A stretch of DNA of 32,000 bases, taken from assembly GCF_000406145.1 (NCBI RefSeq), contig NZ_CM001976.1, positions 133,186-165,185 of the forward strand, given 5' to 3'. Of this stretch, positions 19,918 through 27,415 are shown one piece after another. A program made the translations under genes and the position numbers. The notes under the pieces are model-generated. The model had not been told where the DNA came from, searched no databases, and saw only the letters and a program-made list of their open reading frames with translations. This stretch comes from Dickeya dadantii NCPPB 898. Lineage in GTDB: Bacteria > Pseudomonadota > Gammaproteobacteria > Enterobacterales > Enterobacteriaceae. Position 1 is the first letter of the stretch, and each line of letters begins with the position of its first letter.

Positions 19918-20045
19918 TATACCCGTCATACTTCAAGTTGCAGGTGTGTTGGCTGCGTTCGTTCACCCGAATCACTTACCCGAGTAAGCTCATCGGGATT
20001 CACTCCCTTGCCGCCTTACTGCAACTCGAATTATTTAGGGTATAC
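19918..20045. repeat. ERIC (enterobacterial repetitive intergenic consensus) element
   Basis: 128 bp with TATACCC...GGGTATA termini. The core TCACCCGAATCACTTACCCGAGTAAGCTCATCGGGATTCAC matches the remembered ERIC2 primer site at about 17/22 and the ERIC1R site at 18/22. Confidence 0.85.
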
Positions 20046-20109
20046 GGCGTCTTTATGGGGAAATGGAATGCGTTTTCCGCTTCCCCACGGTATTAATCAG
20101 AACGGTGGA

Positions 20110-21738
20110 TTAGCCTGATGTCAGCGCCAGACGTAAATCGGCCCGGGGAGGATACGCGGCGTGCTCGTCTTGCCGGTTATTTCCCGCGACCACAAATACA
20201 TTCATCAACTGCACCAGATGGCGGGCTTGATCGCTCAGGCTGTCGGCGGCGCTGGCGGACTGCTCCACCAGTGCGGCGTTCTGCTGGGTGACCTGATCGA
20301 GCTGGTTAACCGCCAGATTAATCTGGCTGATGCCGGATTCCTGCTCGGTCGTCGTGACGCCGATTTCCTTGATCAGATCGGCGACGTGGCGCGCCTGCGT
20401 CACGATATCGTCCATAGTGGTGCCCGCGTGACCGACCAGTTGCGAACCGCTTTCCACCTTTTCCATGCTCTCGGTGATCAGTTCTTTGATTTCCTGGGCG
20501 GCGGAGGCGGAGCGCTGCGCCAGCGAACGCACCTCGCCGGCCACCACCGCGAAGCCGCGGCCCTGCTCGCCGGCGCGAGCGGCTTCCACCGCCGCATTCA
20601 GCGCCAGAATGTTGGTCTGGAAAGCAATGCTGTCGATGACGCTGATAATGTCGCCGATTTTGCGCGAGCTGGCGGTAATGTCGCCCATAGTGCGGATGAC
20701 ATTGCTTACGACTTCGCTGCCTTTGGCGGCGGTATCGCTGGCGGTGGTGGCGAGCTGGGCGGCTTCACGCACCGTTTCGCCGTTCTGGCGGATGGTCTGG
20801 CTGATTTGCTCCATTGAGGCGGCGGTTTGTTGCAGGCTGGCGGCCTGCTCTTCGGTGCGTTGGCTGAGGTCGGCGTTGCCCATCGCAATCTGCTGCGAGC
20901 CGGTGGCGATGGATTCGCTGCTCTGGCGCACCTGACTGACGATATGGCTGAGGCTGTCGCGCATGGTACGCATGGCTGCCAGCAGGCTGTGGTGGTCGCG
21001 GGTTTTCAGCATGACATCGACGGACAGGTCGCCCTGTGCCACCTGCTGGGCGATATGCGAGGCATAAGTCGGCTCGCCGCCCAGTTGCCCCTTGATGCGA
21101 CGGGTAATCAGCCAGGCAATCAGACTGCCGGTGACGGCAATCAGCGCCGCCAGCGACAGCATCAGTATACCGGCGTTGCTGGCTCGTGATTCCGAGTCGT
21201 CAGCCGTGGTGGAAGTGGCGCTCTTCTGGTAGGCCAGCAGGCTGTCGATAACCTTGAACATGTTCTCCTGAGCGCGGCGCACGTCGGTGAGGATCAAGTT
21301 TCTTGCATCGTCGTCTTTATTCTCCAGCCCTTTCTCGATCGCTCTTCCTACCGCATCCTCATAAACAGGACGGTTTTGGTCCAACTGAGCTATCAGGGCC
21401 TGCTGTTCAGGGGTGACTGCCACTTTATGGAGGATGGCGATAATGTCGTCATTTCTGGGCGCCATGTTATCGAGACGCTGTTTTTCAACGATCATTTGTT
21501 GGTGATCGGAAAGCAACGCAATATTTCTGATTACCCGGGCGGCAATATTCAGATTATCTTTGTATTCCTGTATCAACAGCAGATTGGTGATCCGCTCTTT
21601 TGATAACGTCTGAATATTTGTACTGAGCTGCCGTAACTGTAACTGACCATAAATCGCTACCAGAAAACCGATAACGATTACCATTGCGAACCCGGTGCCT
21701 AACATGGAGCCTAGCTTCATTTCTTTAAAAAAACGCAT
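20110..21738 (-). CDS. Methyl-accepting chemotaxis protein, 4-helix-bundle-type sensor (MCP3)
   Basis: [10 protein letters not shown] start (AGGTGA upstream). TM2 ends AWLITRR. The signalling module is nearly identical to MCP2. It ends ..DLRLALTSG with no pentapeptide. Confidence 0.93.
   Translation of the reverse strand: MRFFKEMKLGSMLGTGFAMVIVIGFLVAIYGQLQLRQLSTNIQTLSKERITNLLLIQEYKDNLNIAARVIRNIALLSDHQQMIVEKQRLDNMAPRNDDIIAILHKVAVTPEQQALIAQLDQNRPVYEDAVGRAIEKGLENKDDDARNLILTDVRRAQENMFKVIDSLLAYQKSATSTTADDSESRASNAGILMLSLAALIAVTGSLIAWLITRRIKGQLGGEPTYASHIAQQVAQGDLSVDVMLKTRDHHSLLAAMRTMRDSLSHIVSQVRQSSESIATGSQQIAMGNADLSQRTEEQAASLQQTAASMEQISQTIRQNGETVREAAQLATTASDTAAKGSEVVSNVIRTMGDITASSRKIGDIISVIDSIAFQTNILALNAAVEAARAGEQGRGFAVVAGEVRSLAQRSASAAQEIKELITESMEKVESGSQLVGHAGTTMDDIVTQARHVADLIKEIGVTTTEQESGISQINLAVNQLDQVTQQNAALVEQSASAADSLSDQARHLVQLMNVFVVAGNNRQDEHAAYPPRADLRLALTSG
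20188..21114. repeat. Direct repeat copy B (~0.93 kb, MCP3 HAMP + signalling module)
   Basis: Partner of 17995-18921. Confidence 0.85.
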
Positions 21739-21778
21739 AACGTCACCTTTTTTATATAAGATTTATTTTTATCCCTGA

Positions 21779-21910
21779 TATACCCGTCATACTTCGCGTT
21801 GCAGGTGCGTTGGTTTCGTTATCGGCCTTTTCAGCTTCATCCCATTCAGGGCTGTGGCAAGCCGCGTTGAACTCTGCCTCCTTTCTGCAATTCGAATTAT
21901 TTTGGGTATA
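21779..21910. repeat. ERIC-like chimera: ERIC termini with a replaced core
   Basis: The left ~40 nt (TATACCCGTCATACTTCgcGTTGCAGGTGcGTTGG) and right ~30 nt (CTGCAAtTCGAATTATTTtGGGTATA) match the ERIC copy at 19918-20045. The central ~60 nt is unrelated. Confidence 0.75.
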
Positions 21911-22031
21911 GATATTGGCTTCCGTAGCGTGTTTCAGGCAATAACAAGACCGCTGGCGAAATTTTTTCGTCAGGGAAAGGTTGGCCTGCAGGTGTGTATT
22001 AGACCGTTAATTTACTAATTGATTAATAATT

Positions 22032-22081
22032 CTAATCAAGATGAGAAGCATATAAACTAATCAAGATGAGAAGTGTATAAA
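22032..22081. repeat. 25-bp tandem direct repeat, two copies (CTAATCAAGATGAGAAG(CA/TG)TATAAA)
   Basis: Read directly: 22032-22056 and 22057-22081 differ at 2 adjacent bases. Confidence 0.9.
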
Positions 22082-22509
22082 AATTATCCTCGGGTGTTTT
22101 TAATACCCGAAATGAATGCTCTTCCTAAGCAAATTGCAGTATGGAGGGTTTTTACGTGTTTGTCGACAAATCGTGATAAAAGTTTTTCTTATTACTCAAT
22201 GACTTTTCTACTAACGTAATTAGAAGCAATTTTTTAATGGAAGTTACAAAAAATAAATACTCAATCAAAGACCTGCATTTTGTGATGGTATGAAAATTAT
22301 CGTGATATAAAAATGGCTCCTTTTGATATTTACTGATGACATTTATTCGCCATTATTAAAGCAATATGCTTTGTATGGTTATTTGGACTGTAGCCGTAGC
22401 CATTATCCGTTGCCAGTGCTGTCGCTGGTTTTAGCCGGGTGCTGGCGCTTTGGCACTTGTTTTCTGTGGTTCATCGGTGGCGCAGGAAGCGGTTTGTCAG
22501 GGAGGACTG

Positions 22510-22545
22510 GATTCGAAAAGAAACCGCCACGGTTACCGTGGCGGT
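22510..22545 (-). terminator. Rho-independent terminator of MCP4
   Basis: On the minus strand: ACCGCCACGG-TAA-CCGTGGCGGT, followed by TTCTTTTCG. It lies 17 nt after the stop codon. Confidence 0.75.
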
Positions 22546-22561
22546 CAGGAGAACGGGAAAT

Positions 22562-24223
22562 TTAGAACTGTTCCCAGTTGTGGGTACTGCCTTTATTCGC
22601 CAGCGCCGGTTTTTTTAGTGCTGGCGAGGTGTGTGACTGTTGCCGGGGCGACGTCTTGCTAAACGTGCCGTGAATAGTAAATACGCTCATCAGTTCCACC
22701 AGTTTTGCCGCCTGATCGCTCAGGCTGTCGGCGGCGCTGGCGGATTCTTCAACCAACGCGGCGTTTTGCTGGGTTGCGCTGTCCATCTGAGTGATGGCCT
22801 GATTGATTTGCGAAATACCGGATTCCTGTTCCTGTGTGGTGACGCCGATTTCGCTAATCAGATTGGCGACATGCTGCGCCTGGGTGACGATATCAACCAT
22901 GGTTTCACCGGCGTGCGCCACTAACTGGGAGCCGCTTTCCACTTTTTCCATACTGGTGGTGATGAGCTCTTTAATTTCCCGAGCGGCGGAGGCGGATCGC
23001 TGCGCCAGATTTCTCACCTCGCCGGCCACCACCGCGAAGCCGCGGCCTTGTTCGCCGGCGCGGGCCGCTTCCACCGCGGCGTTGAGCGCGAGGATATTGG
23101 TCTGGAAGGCGATGCTGTCAATCACGGTAATGATGTCGCCAATCTTACGGGAACTGGTGCTGATGTCGCTCATCGTGGTGATCACGTTGCGTACGACTTC
23201 GTTGCCTTTGGTGGCGGTCTGGCTGGCCGCGCTGGCGAGTTGAGCGGCTTCGCGTACGGTGTCGCCATTCTGGCGGATAGTCTGGCTAATCTGCTCCATA
23301 GAGGCGGCGGTCTGCTGTACGCTGGAAGCCTGCTCCTCAGTGCGGCGGCTCAGATCGTTGCTGCCGATGGCAATTTCGCTGGAGCCGGTGGAAATGGACG
23401 CGCTGCTATCGTGCACCTGCTGCACAATCCCGCTTAGTCTGGCGCGCATATCATTCATGGCGGCCAACAGGCTGGTGGTATCGCCCGATTGCAGTTCGAC
23501 GTTGATGGCCAGATTGCCGCTGGCAATCTGACTGGCAATATCAGAGGCATACGCAGGCTCACCGCCCAGCAGTTTTTTGATTCTGCGGGCAATCAACCAG
23601 GCAATGGCGATGCCGAGTACCGTCGAGATACCGGCGAATGTCAGCATCAGCATGCCGGCGAAGCTCGCGGACTGGCCCGCCTCGTCAGCCGAACGCCGGG
23701 TGTCGCTTTTTTGGTAGCTCACCATGTCGTTGATGGCTTTGAAGTAAGTGTCCTGAGCCGGTTTCACTTCATTCATGATGACGGCTTTGGTTTCATCCGG
23801 CTTGTTATCCTGGATGAATGACAAGGCTTTTTGCGTGGCGGCGAGGCTGGCTGGACGAGCCTGATCTATCACATCAAACAGCGCTTTTTCACGGGGAGTG
23901 CTCGCCAGTTCGGCGATGCGCTTTAGAATTTCGTTATTTCGTGTAATTGTTTTCGTAATCAGCTGTTTTTCCTGCGCTACCTGATCCGGTGCGATAAACA
24001 GCGTCAGGTTGCGTATCGAAATCGCGACGCTGTTCAGGTTATCTTTCAGTTCCTGCACCAGTAGTAGCCCTTCCAGTTGATCGCCGGCTAATGCGTTGAC
24101 ATTGTCGCTTTGCTGCCGCAATTGAAATTGCCCATAGGTAGAGACAAAGAAACTAATAATCAGCACGATGGCGAAACCGGTGCCGAGCATGGTAGTAAGT
24201 TTCATGTTCTTAATAATGCTCAT
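22562..24223 (-). CDS. Methyl-accepting chemotaxis protein, 4-helix-bundle-type sensor, NWEQF pentapeptide (MCP4)
   Basis: [10 protein letters not shown] start (GGGGA upstream). TM2 ends AWLIARR. It has [22 protein letters not shown] and [10 protein letters not shown], and ends ..[10 protein letters not shown]. Confidence 0.93.
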   Translation of the reverse strand: MSIIKNMKLTTMLGTGFAIVLIISFFVSTYGQFQLRQQSDNVNALAGDQLEGLLLVQELKDNLNSVAISIRNLTLFIAPDQVAQEKQLITKTITRNNEILKRIAELASTPREKALFDVIDQARPASLAATQKALSFIQDNKPDETKAVIMNEVKPAQDTYFKAINDMVSYQKSDTRRSADEAGQSASFAGMLMLTFAGISTVLGIAIAWLIARRIKKLLGGEPAYASDIASQIASGNLAINVELQSGDTTSLLAAMNDMRARLSGIVQQVHDSSASISTGSSEIAIGSNDLSRRTEEQASSVQQTAASMEQISQTIRQNGDTVREAAQLASAASQTATKGNEVVRNVITTMSDISTSSRKIGDIITVIDSIAFQTNILALNAAVEAARAGEQGRGFAVVAGEVRNLAQRSASAAREIKELITTSMEKVESGSQLVAHAGETMVDIVTQAQHVANLISEIGVTTQEQESGISQINQAITQMDSATQQNAALVEESASAADSLSDQAAKLVELMSVFTIHGTFSKTSPRQQSHTSPALKKPALANKGSTHNWEQF

Positions 24224-24435
24224 GGTTTATCCCCTAAGTGTTATTTTTAATCACGACAAACCGGTGCGTATAAAACAGAGCTAATAAAAATGCTGACAGG
24301 TTATTTGTGATTTCGGGGATTAATTTAGTTGATGAATCTTTGTTATATCTTAAGAGGTGAAGAATTAATTGGTTTTATTTTTTGTTTTTTATTATCAATG
24401 TTTTATTTTTTTATTATCATCTTCGTGATGCTCGT

Positions 24436-24469
24436 TTAATAATAGTTATGCTATTAATAATAGTTATGC
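24436..24469. repeat. 16-bp motif TTAATAATAGTTATGC repeated at an 18-bp period, two copies
   Basis: Read directly at 24436-24451 and 24454-24469, in the AT-rich spacer ~215-245 bp upstream of the MCP4 start. Confidence 0.85.
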
Positions 24470-24639
24470 GCGTGACTTTATATCGGTTGACGATATTTAA
24501 AATTGGGGAAAAGCGTTTTTCAACAAAGACGAGTGTGACTGTTGAAAGGCGATGAATGTCGGGTAATAGACAGTGTTTTAAAATAGTTGCTTATCCCAAT
24601 GGGGTCCGCCGTTGATAAGGTTTCGGTTATCAGGGGCTG

Positions 24640-24673
24640 AATTCAGAAGATACCGCCACGTAGCCGTGGCGGT
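24640..24673 (-). terminator. Terminator hairpin of MCP5
   Basis: On the minus strand: ACCGCCACG-GCTA-CGTGGCGGT, then ATCTTCTGAATT. The stem sequence is identical to that of the MCP4 terminator. Confidence 0.6.
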
Positions 24674-24689
24674 CAGAGGAAAGATAAAC

Positions 24690-26372
24690 TCAGAATTGTT
24701 CCCAGTTGCTGTTGCTGGCGTTATTCGCCAGCGCCAGTTTGGATGGCATCGGTTTTTTCTGGCCGGTTCCCGGTGTTTGCAGCAGGGTGGTTTGGTGGTT
24801 AAAGGTATTCTGAATATTGAATATGCTCATCAGTTCCACCAGCCGTGCTGCCTGGTCGCTCAGGCTGTCGGCGGCGCTAGCCGACTCTTCCACCAGAGAG
24901 GCGTTCTGCTGGGTGACCTGATCGAGCTGGTTAACCGCATCGTTAATCTGCGAAATGCCGGATTCCTGCTCGTGGGTAGTCACGCCGATCTCGCCAATCA
25001 AATCCGCTACGTGACGCGCCTGTTTCACCAGTTCGTCAATGGTGGACCCGGCTTCGCTCACCAGCGTTGAGCCGGTTTCCACTTTTTCGACGCTGGCCGT
25101 GATCAACTCCTTGATTTCCTTGGCGGCGGAAGCGGAGCGCTGCGCCAGATTTCTCACCTCGCCCGCCACCACGGCAAAGCCGCGGCCCTGTTCGCCGGCG
25201 CGGGCGGCTTCTACCGCGGCGTTGAGCGCCAGAATGTTGGTCTGGAAGGCAATACCGTCGATGACGCTGATAATGTCGCCGATTTTGTGCGAACTGACGG
25301 AGATATCTTCCATAGTGCGGACGATATTGTTGACGGCTTCACCCCCTTTGGCGGCGGTCGAGCTGGCCGACTGCGCCAGTTTGGTGGCGGTGCGCACGGT
25401 ATCGCCGTTCTGGCGGATGGTCTGACTCATCTGCTCCATGGAGGCGGCGGTCTGTTGCAGGCTGGCGGCCTGTTCTTCGGTGCGCTGGCTCAGGTCGGTG
25501 CTGCCGGCGGCGATTTCGCTGGCGCCGGTGGCGATGGATTCGCTGCTCTGGCGTACCTGAGTGACGATCTGCCCCAGTTTTTCCCGCATGTCGTTCATGG
25601 CCGCCAGCACGCTGTGATCGTCGCCCGCGCGCAGTTCGACGTTAAACGCCAGATTGCCGTCGGAAATTCGCTGGGCAACCGCCGCCGCGTAAACCGGCTC
25701 GCCGCCCAGTTGGCCTTTGACGGTGCGGGTGATCAGCCAGGCGGTCAGCGCGCCGAGCACCGCGGCGACCAGCGCCAGCGCCAGCATTAATGTGCCGTCT
25801 GAACGGGCGTTCTGCATTGAATCCGCCACCACGTTCATGGTGATTTTTTTCTGGAAGTCGAGCATGTTGTCCAGCGCTTTGAACACGCCGTTCTGAGCGG
25901 TTTGCATGTCGTTGAGAATCAGTTCGCGAGCTTGCTCGCGCTGCTCTGACTGGCCGGAAATACCCAATTGAACCGCATTATTGAATGCCTTCAGGTAAGC
26001 GGGGCGCGCCAGCGTCAGCTGGTTCAGCTGGTCGCGGGTTTCCGGCGTATCAAGCCGCTCCGACAGCTGTTTGAGCACCTCGGTGTTGCGGGCGATTTGC
26101 CGGTCGATCAACTGCTTTTCACGCGCGATGCGTTCAGGGTCGTTACTGAGCGCAATATTACGCACCAGACGGGAATTGGTATCGAAGCCGGTTTTGGCTT
26201 CCTGAATCAACATCATATTGGTGAGCGTGGTGGTGGAGAGGTGGTCGATGTCGTCCCCCAGTCCTGCCAGTTGGGTTCGGCCGAATGTTGCTACCAGCAG
26301 GCCGATCACGATGACCAGGGCGAATCCGGCACTCAGCATGGTGCCCAGTTTGGTTTTTTTCAGCGCGTTCAT
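24690..26372 (-). CDS. Methyl-accepting chemotaxis protein, 4-helix-bundle-type sensor, NWEQF pentapeptide (MCP5)
   Basis: Start trimmed to [10 protein letters not shown] (AAGGA 5 nt upstream). TM2 ends AWLITRT. It has [22 protein letters not shown] and [10 protein letters not shown], and ends ..[10 protein letters not shown]. Confidence 0.92.
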   Translation of the reverse strand: MNALKKTKLGTMLSAGFALVIVIGLLVATFGRTQLAGLGDDIDHLSTTTLTNMMLIQEAKTGFDTNSRLVRNIALSNDPERIAREKQLIDRQIARNTEVLKQLSERLDTPETRDQLNQLTLARPAYLKAFNNAVQLGISGQSEQREQARELILNDMQTAQNGVFKALDNMLDFQKKITMNVVADSMQNARSDGTLMLALALVAAVLGALTAWLITRTVKGQLGGEPVYAAAVAQRISDGNLAFNVELRAGDDHSVLAAMNDMREKLGQIVTQVRQSSESIATGASEIAAGSTDLSQRTEEQAASLQQTAASMEQMSQTIRQNGDTVRTATKLAQSASSTAAKGGEAVNNIVRTMEDISVSSHKIGDIISVIDGIAFQTNILALNAAVEAARAGEQGRGFAVVAGEVRNLAQRSASAAKEIKELITASVEKVETGSTLVSEAGSTIDELVKQARHVADLIGEIGVTTHEQESGISQINDAVNQLDQVTQQNASLVEESASAADSLSDQAARLVELMSIFNIQNTFNHQTTLLQTPGTGQKKPMPSKLALANNASNSNWEQF

Positions 26373-26868
26373 AGATGTCCTTAACGTCGTGTATTCCATG
26401 CGTTCATTCGGGACCTCATCCAGGAGGTAAAATGAAAATAGCTCTATGTGTGTATAATTTGGGTTAGTTCTATTTCATGTGAATAAATTTTGCTGGTCAG
26501 CCGATAGATCTCCTGTTTATTACGATTATTTTGTAAATAGATAGAGAGGTAATAGTCTTATATAAACCGATAACAAGAATAGTTAACTCCAATAATTAAG
26601 ATAAGAAAGTAATTGAAATTTACAGTGGAGCGTAGTGGCTAATAAGAGTAAGGAATAGAAATTGGTTTGTCGAATGCAATATATAAACTTTTCAGATAAA
26701 GCATCAAAAGAATAATTTTCGGTGGTATTTCTGCAATTACGATCGCATTTTTGCCGTAAGGGGGATGGTGATAGCCGGATAATCCATCATCACGCCGGAA
26801 TGCGCAGAAACGCCGACAAGCGCACAGAGACAAACTAATCCGCCGAAGCGAGCGGACGGCGCGAATAG

Positions 26869-27063
26869 TACCGATTACGCTGCGGTTTGCTATGGCAAAG
26901 GGTTCCTGCGGGATGCACGGCGCCGGGATATATCGGCGGGTATGCCAGCTTTATCGGCTTTGATAAGCAAAATGGCAATGCGATTGCCGTACTGCAAAAC
27001 GCCTTTAACTGGAGTAACTATTTGGGGATTGCGCTACTCACGGATTTAGCGAAGAGAGACTGA
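26869..27063 (+). pseudogene. Possible 3' remnant of a beta-lactamase-fold serine hydrolase gene
   Basis: An open frame with no start codon reads ..LWQRVPAGCTAPGYIGGYASFIGFDKQNGNAIAVLQNAFNWSNYLGIALLTDLAKRD*. This resembles the G.TGG(Y/F).S....P......V.L.N C-terminal region of AmpC/esterase-type hydrolases. An adjacent frame reads ..GMHGA.., which suggests a frameshift. There is no intact upstream part. Confidence 0.35.
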
Positions 27064-27190
27064 CCGACGGTGGGAACAACATGCATCGGGTACGGCGCTG
27101 ATGTGCAGTCCGTATTTTTGTGGGCGTTCCCGTCTATTTATTCCGGCTATCATCCTGGCGCAATACGGCTTTTCTTTTTTTATAACGTCA

Positions 27191-27214
27191 TGATTATTTT
27201 ATAAAAAATAATCA
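27191..27214. promoter_or_regulatory. Perfect 10-bp inverted repeat TGATTATTTT-ATAA-AAAATAATCA
   Basis: Read directly. It lies ~50 bp upstream of the first Pho box. Confidence 0.5.
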
Positions 27215-27265
27215 CATATCGTATCGACTTGCGGCGGGTTTTTCTGTTCGCTGCAATCGTATGCA

Positions 27266-27319
27266 CTTGTCATCTGGTTGTCATGATGCAGTTATTTTTC
27301 TGTCATCCGGGCGTGTCAT
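27266..27319 (+). promoter_or_regulatory. Pho boxes (PhoB binding sites) of the ugp promoter
   Basis: Four (C/T/G)TGTCAT heptamers sit at 27267, 27278, 27300 and 27313. The first pair has the canonical 11-bp period (TTGTCATctggTTGTCAT). The second pair is spaced 13 bp. A possible -10 (CATAAA) lies at ~27332. Confidence 0.7.
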
Positions 27320-27360
27320 GTTACCTGCCGAACATAAAACGCGCTTTTTCGCTCATCGCG

Positions 27361-27410
27361 CCCACAATGATCAGCATCCGCAATGATCAGCACCCACATG
27401 ATCTCAGGAG
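27361..27410. repeat. ~17-bp tandem repeat, ~2.7 copies, in the ugpB leader (CC(CA/G)CAATGATCAGCA(T/C))
   Basis: CAATGATCAGCA occurs at 27364-27375 and 27381-27392. A degenerate third copy (CACATGATCTCAGGAG) carries the ugpB Shine-Dalgarno. Confidence 0.8.
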
Positions 27411-27415
27411 ACAGC

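Noticed and set aside
19860-20096. 78-aa ORF on the plus strand between MCP3 and MCP2.
   Set aside because: It is almost entirely made of the ERIC element (19918-20045). ERIC copies are non-coding repeats.
21727-21733. 7-nt homopolymers in the first codons of MCP3 (21727-21733) and MCP5 (26354-26360), considered as possible phase-variation tracts.
   Set aside because: Seven nucleotides is short for efficient slipped-strand switching. The runs simply encode the conserved Phe-Phe-Lys / Lys-Lys-Thr-Lys N-terminal motif.
22323-22565. 80-aa ORF (TTG start) and a GC-rich patch at 22380-22520 downstream of the MCP4 terminator. This includes a 23-codon minus-strand ATG ORF (MNHRKQVPKRQHPAKTSDSTGNG).
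   Set aside because: No RBS, no motif, and overlap with the MCP4 terminator hairpin. I considered a relic of an MCP C-terminal linker, but the similarity is too weak to claim.
26484-26507. Plus-strand TAAA...GCCGATAG (and ACCGATAA near 26567) resembling sigma-28 elements upstream of MCP5.
   Set aside because: They are on the wrong strand for MCP5. The TAAA-to-GCCGATAG gap is 12 nt instead of 15, and the only thing downstream is the gene relic. I found no convincing full sigma-28 promoter for MCP1, MCP2, MCP4 or MCP5.
26639-26833. 64-aa minus-strand ORF in the spacer upstream of MCP5.
   Set aside because: AT-rich, Cys- and Tyr-rich odd composition, no RBS. It partly overlaps the putative hydrolase relic region on the other strand.
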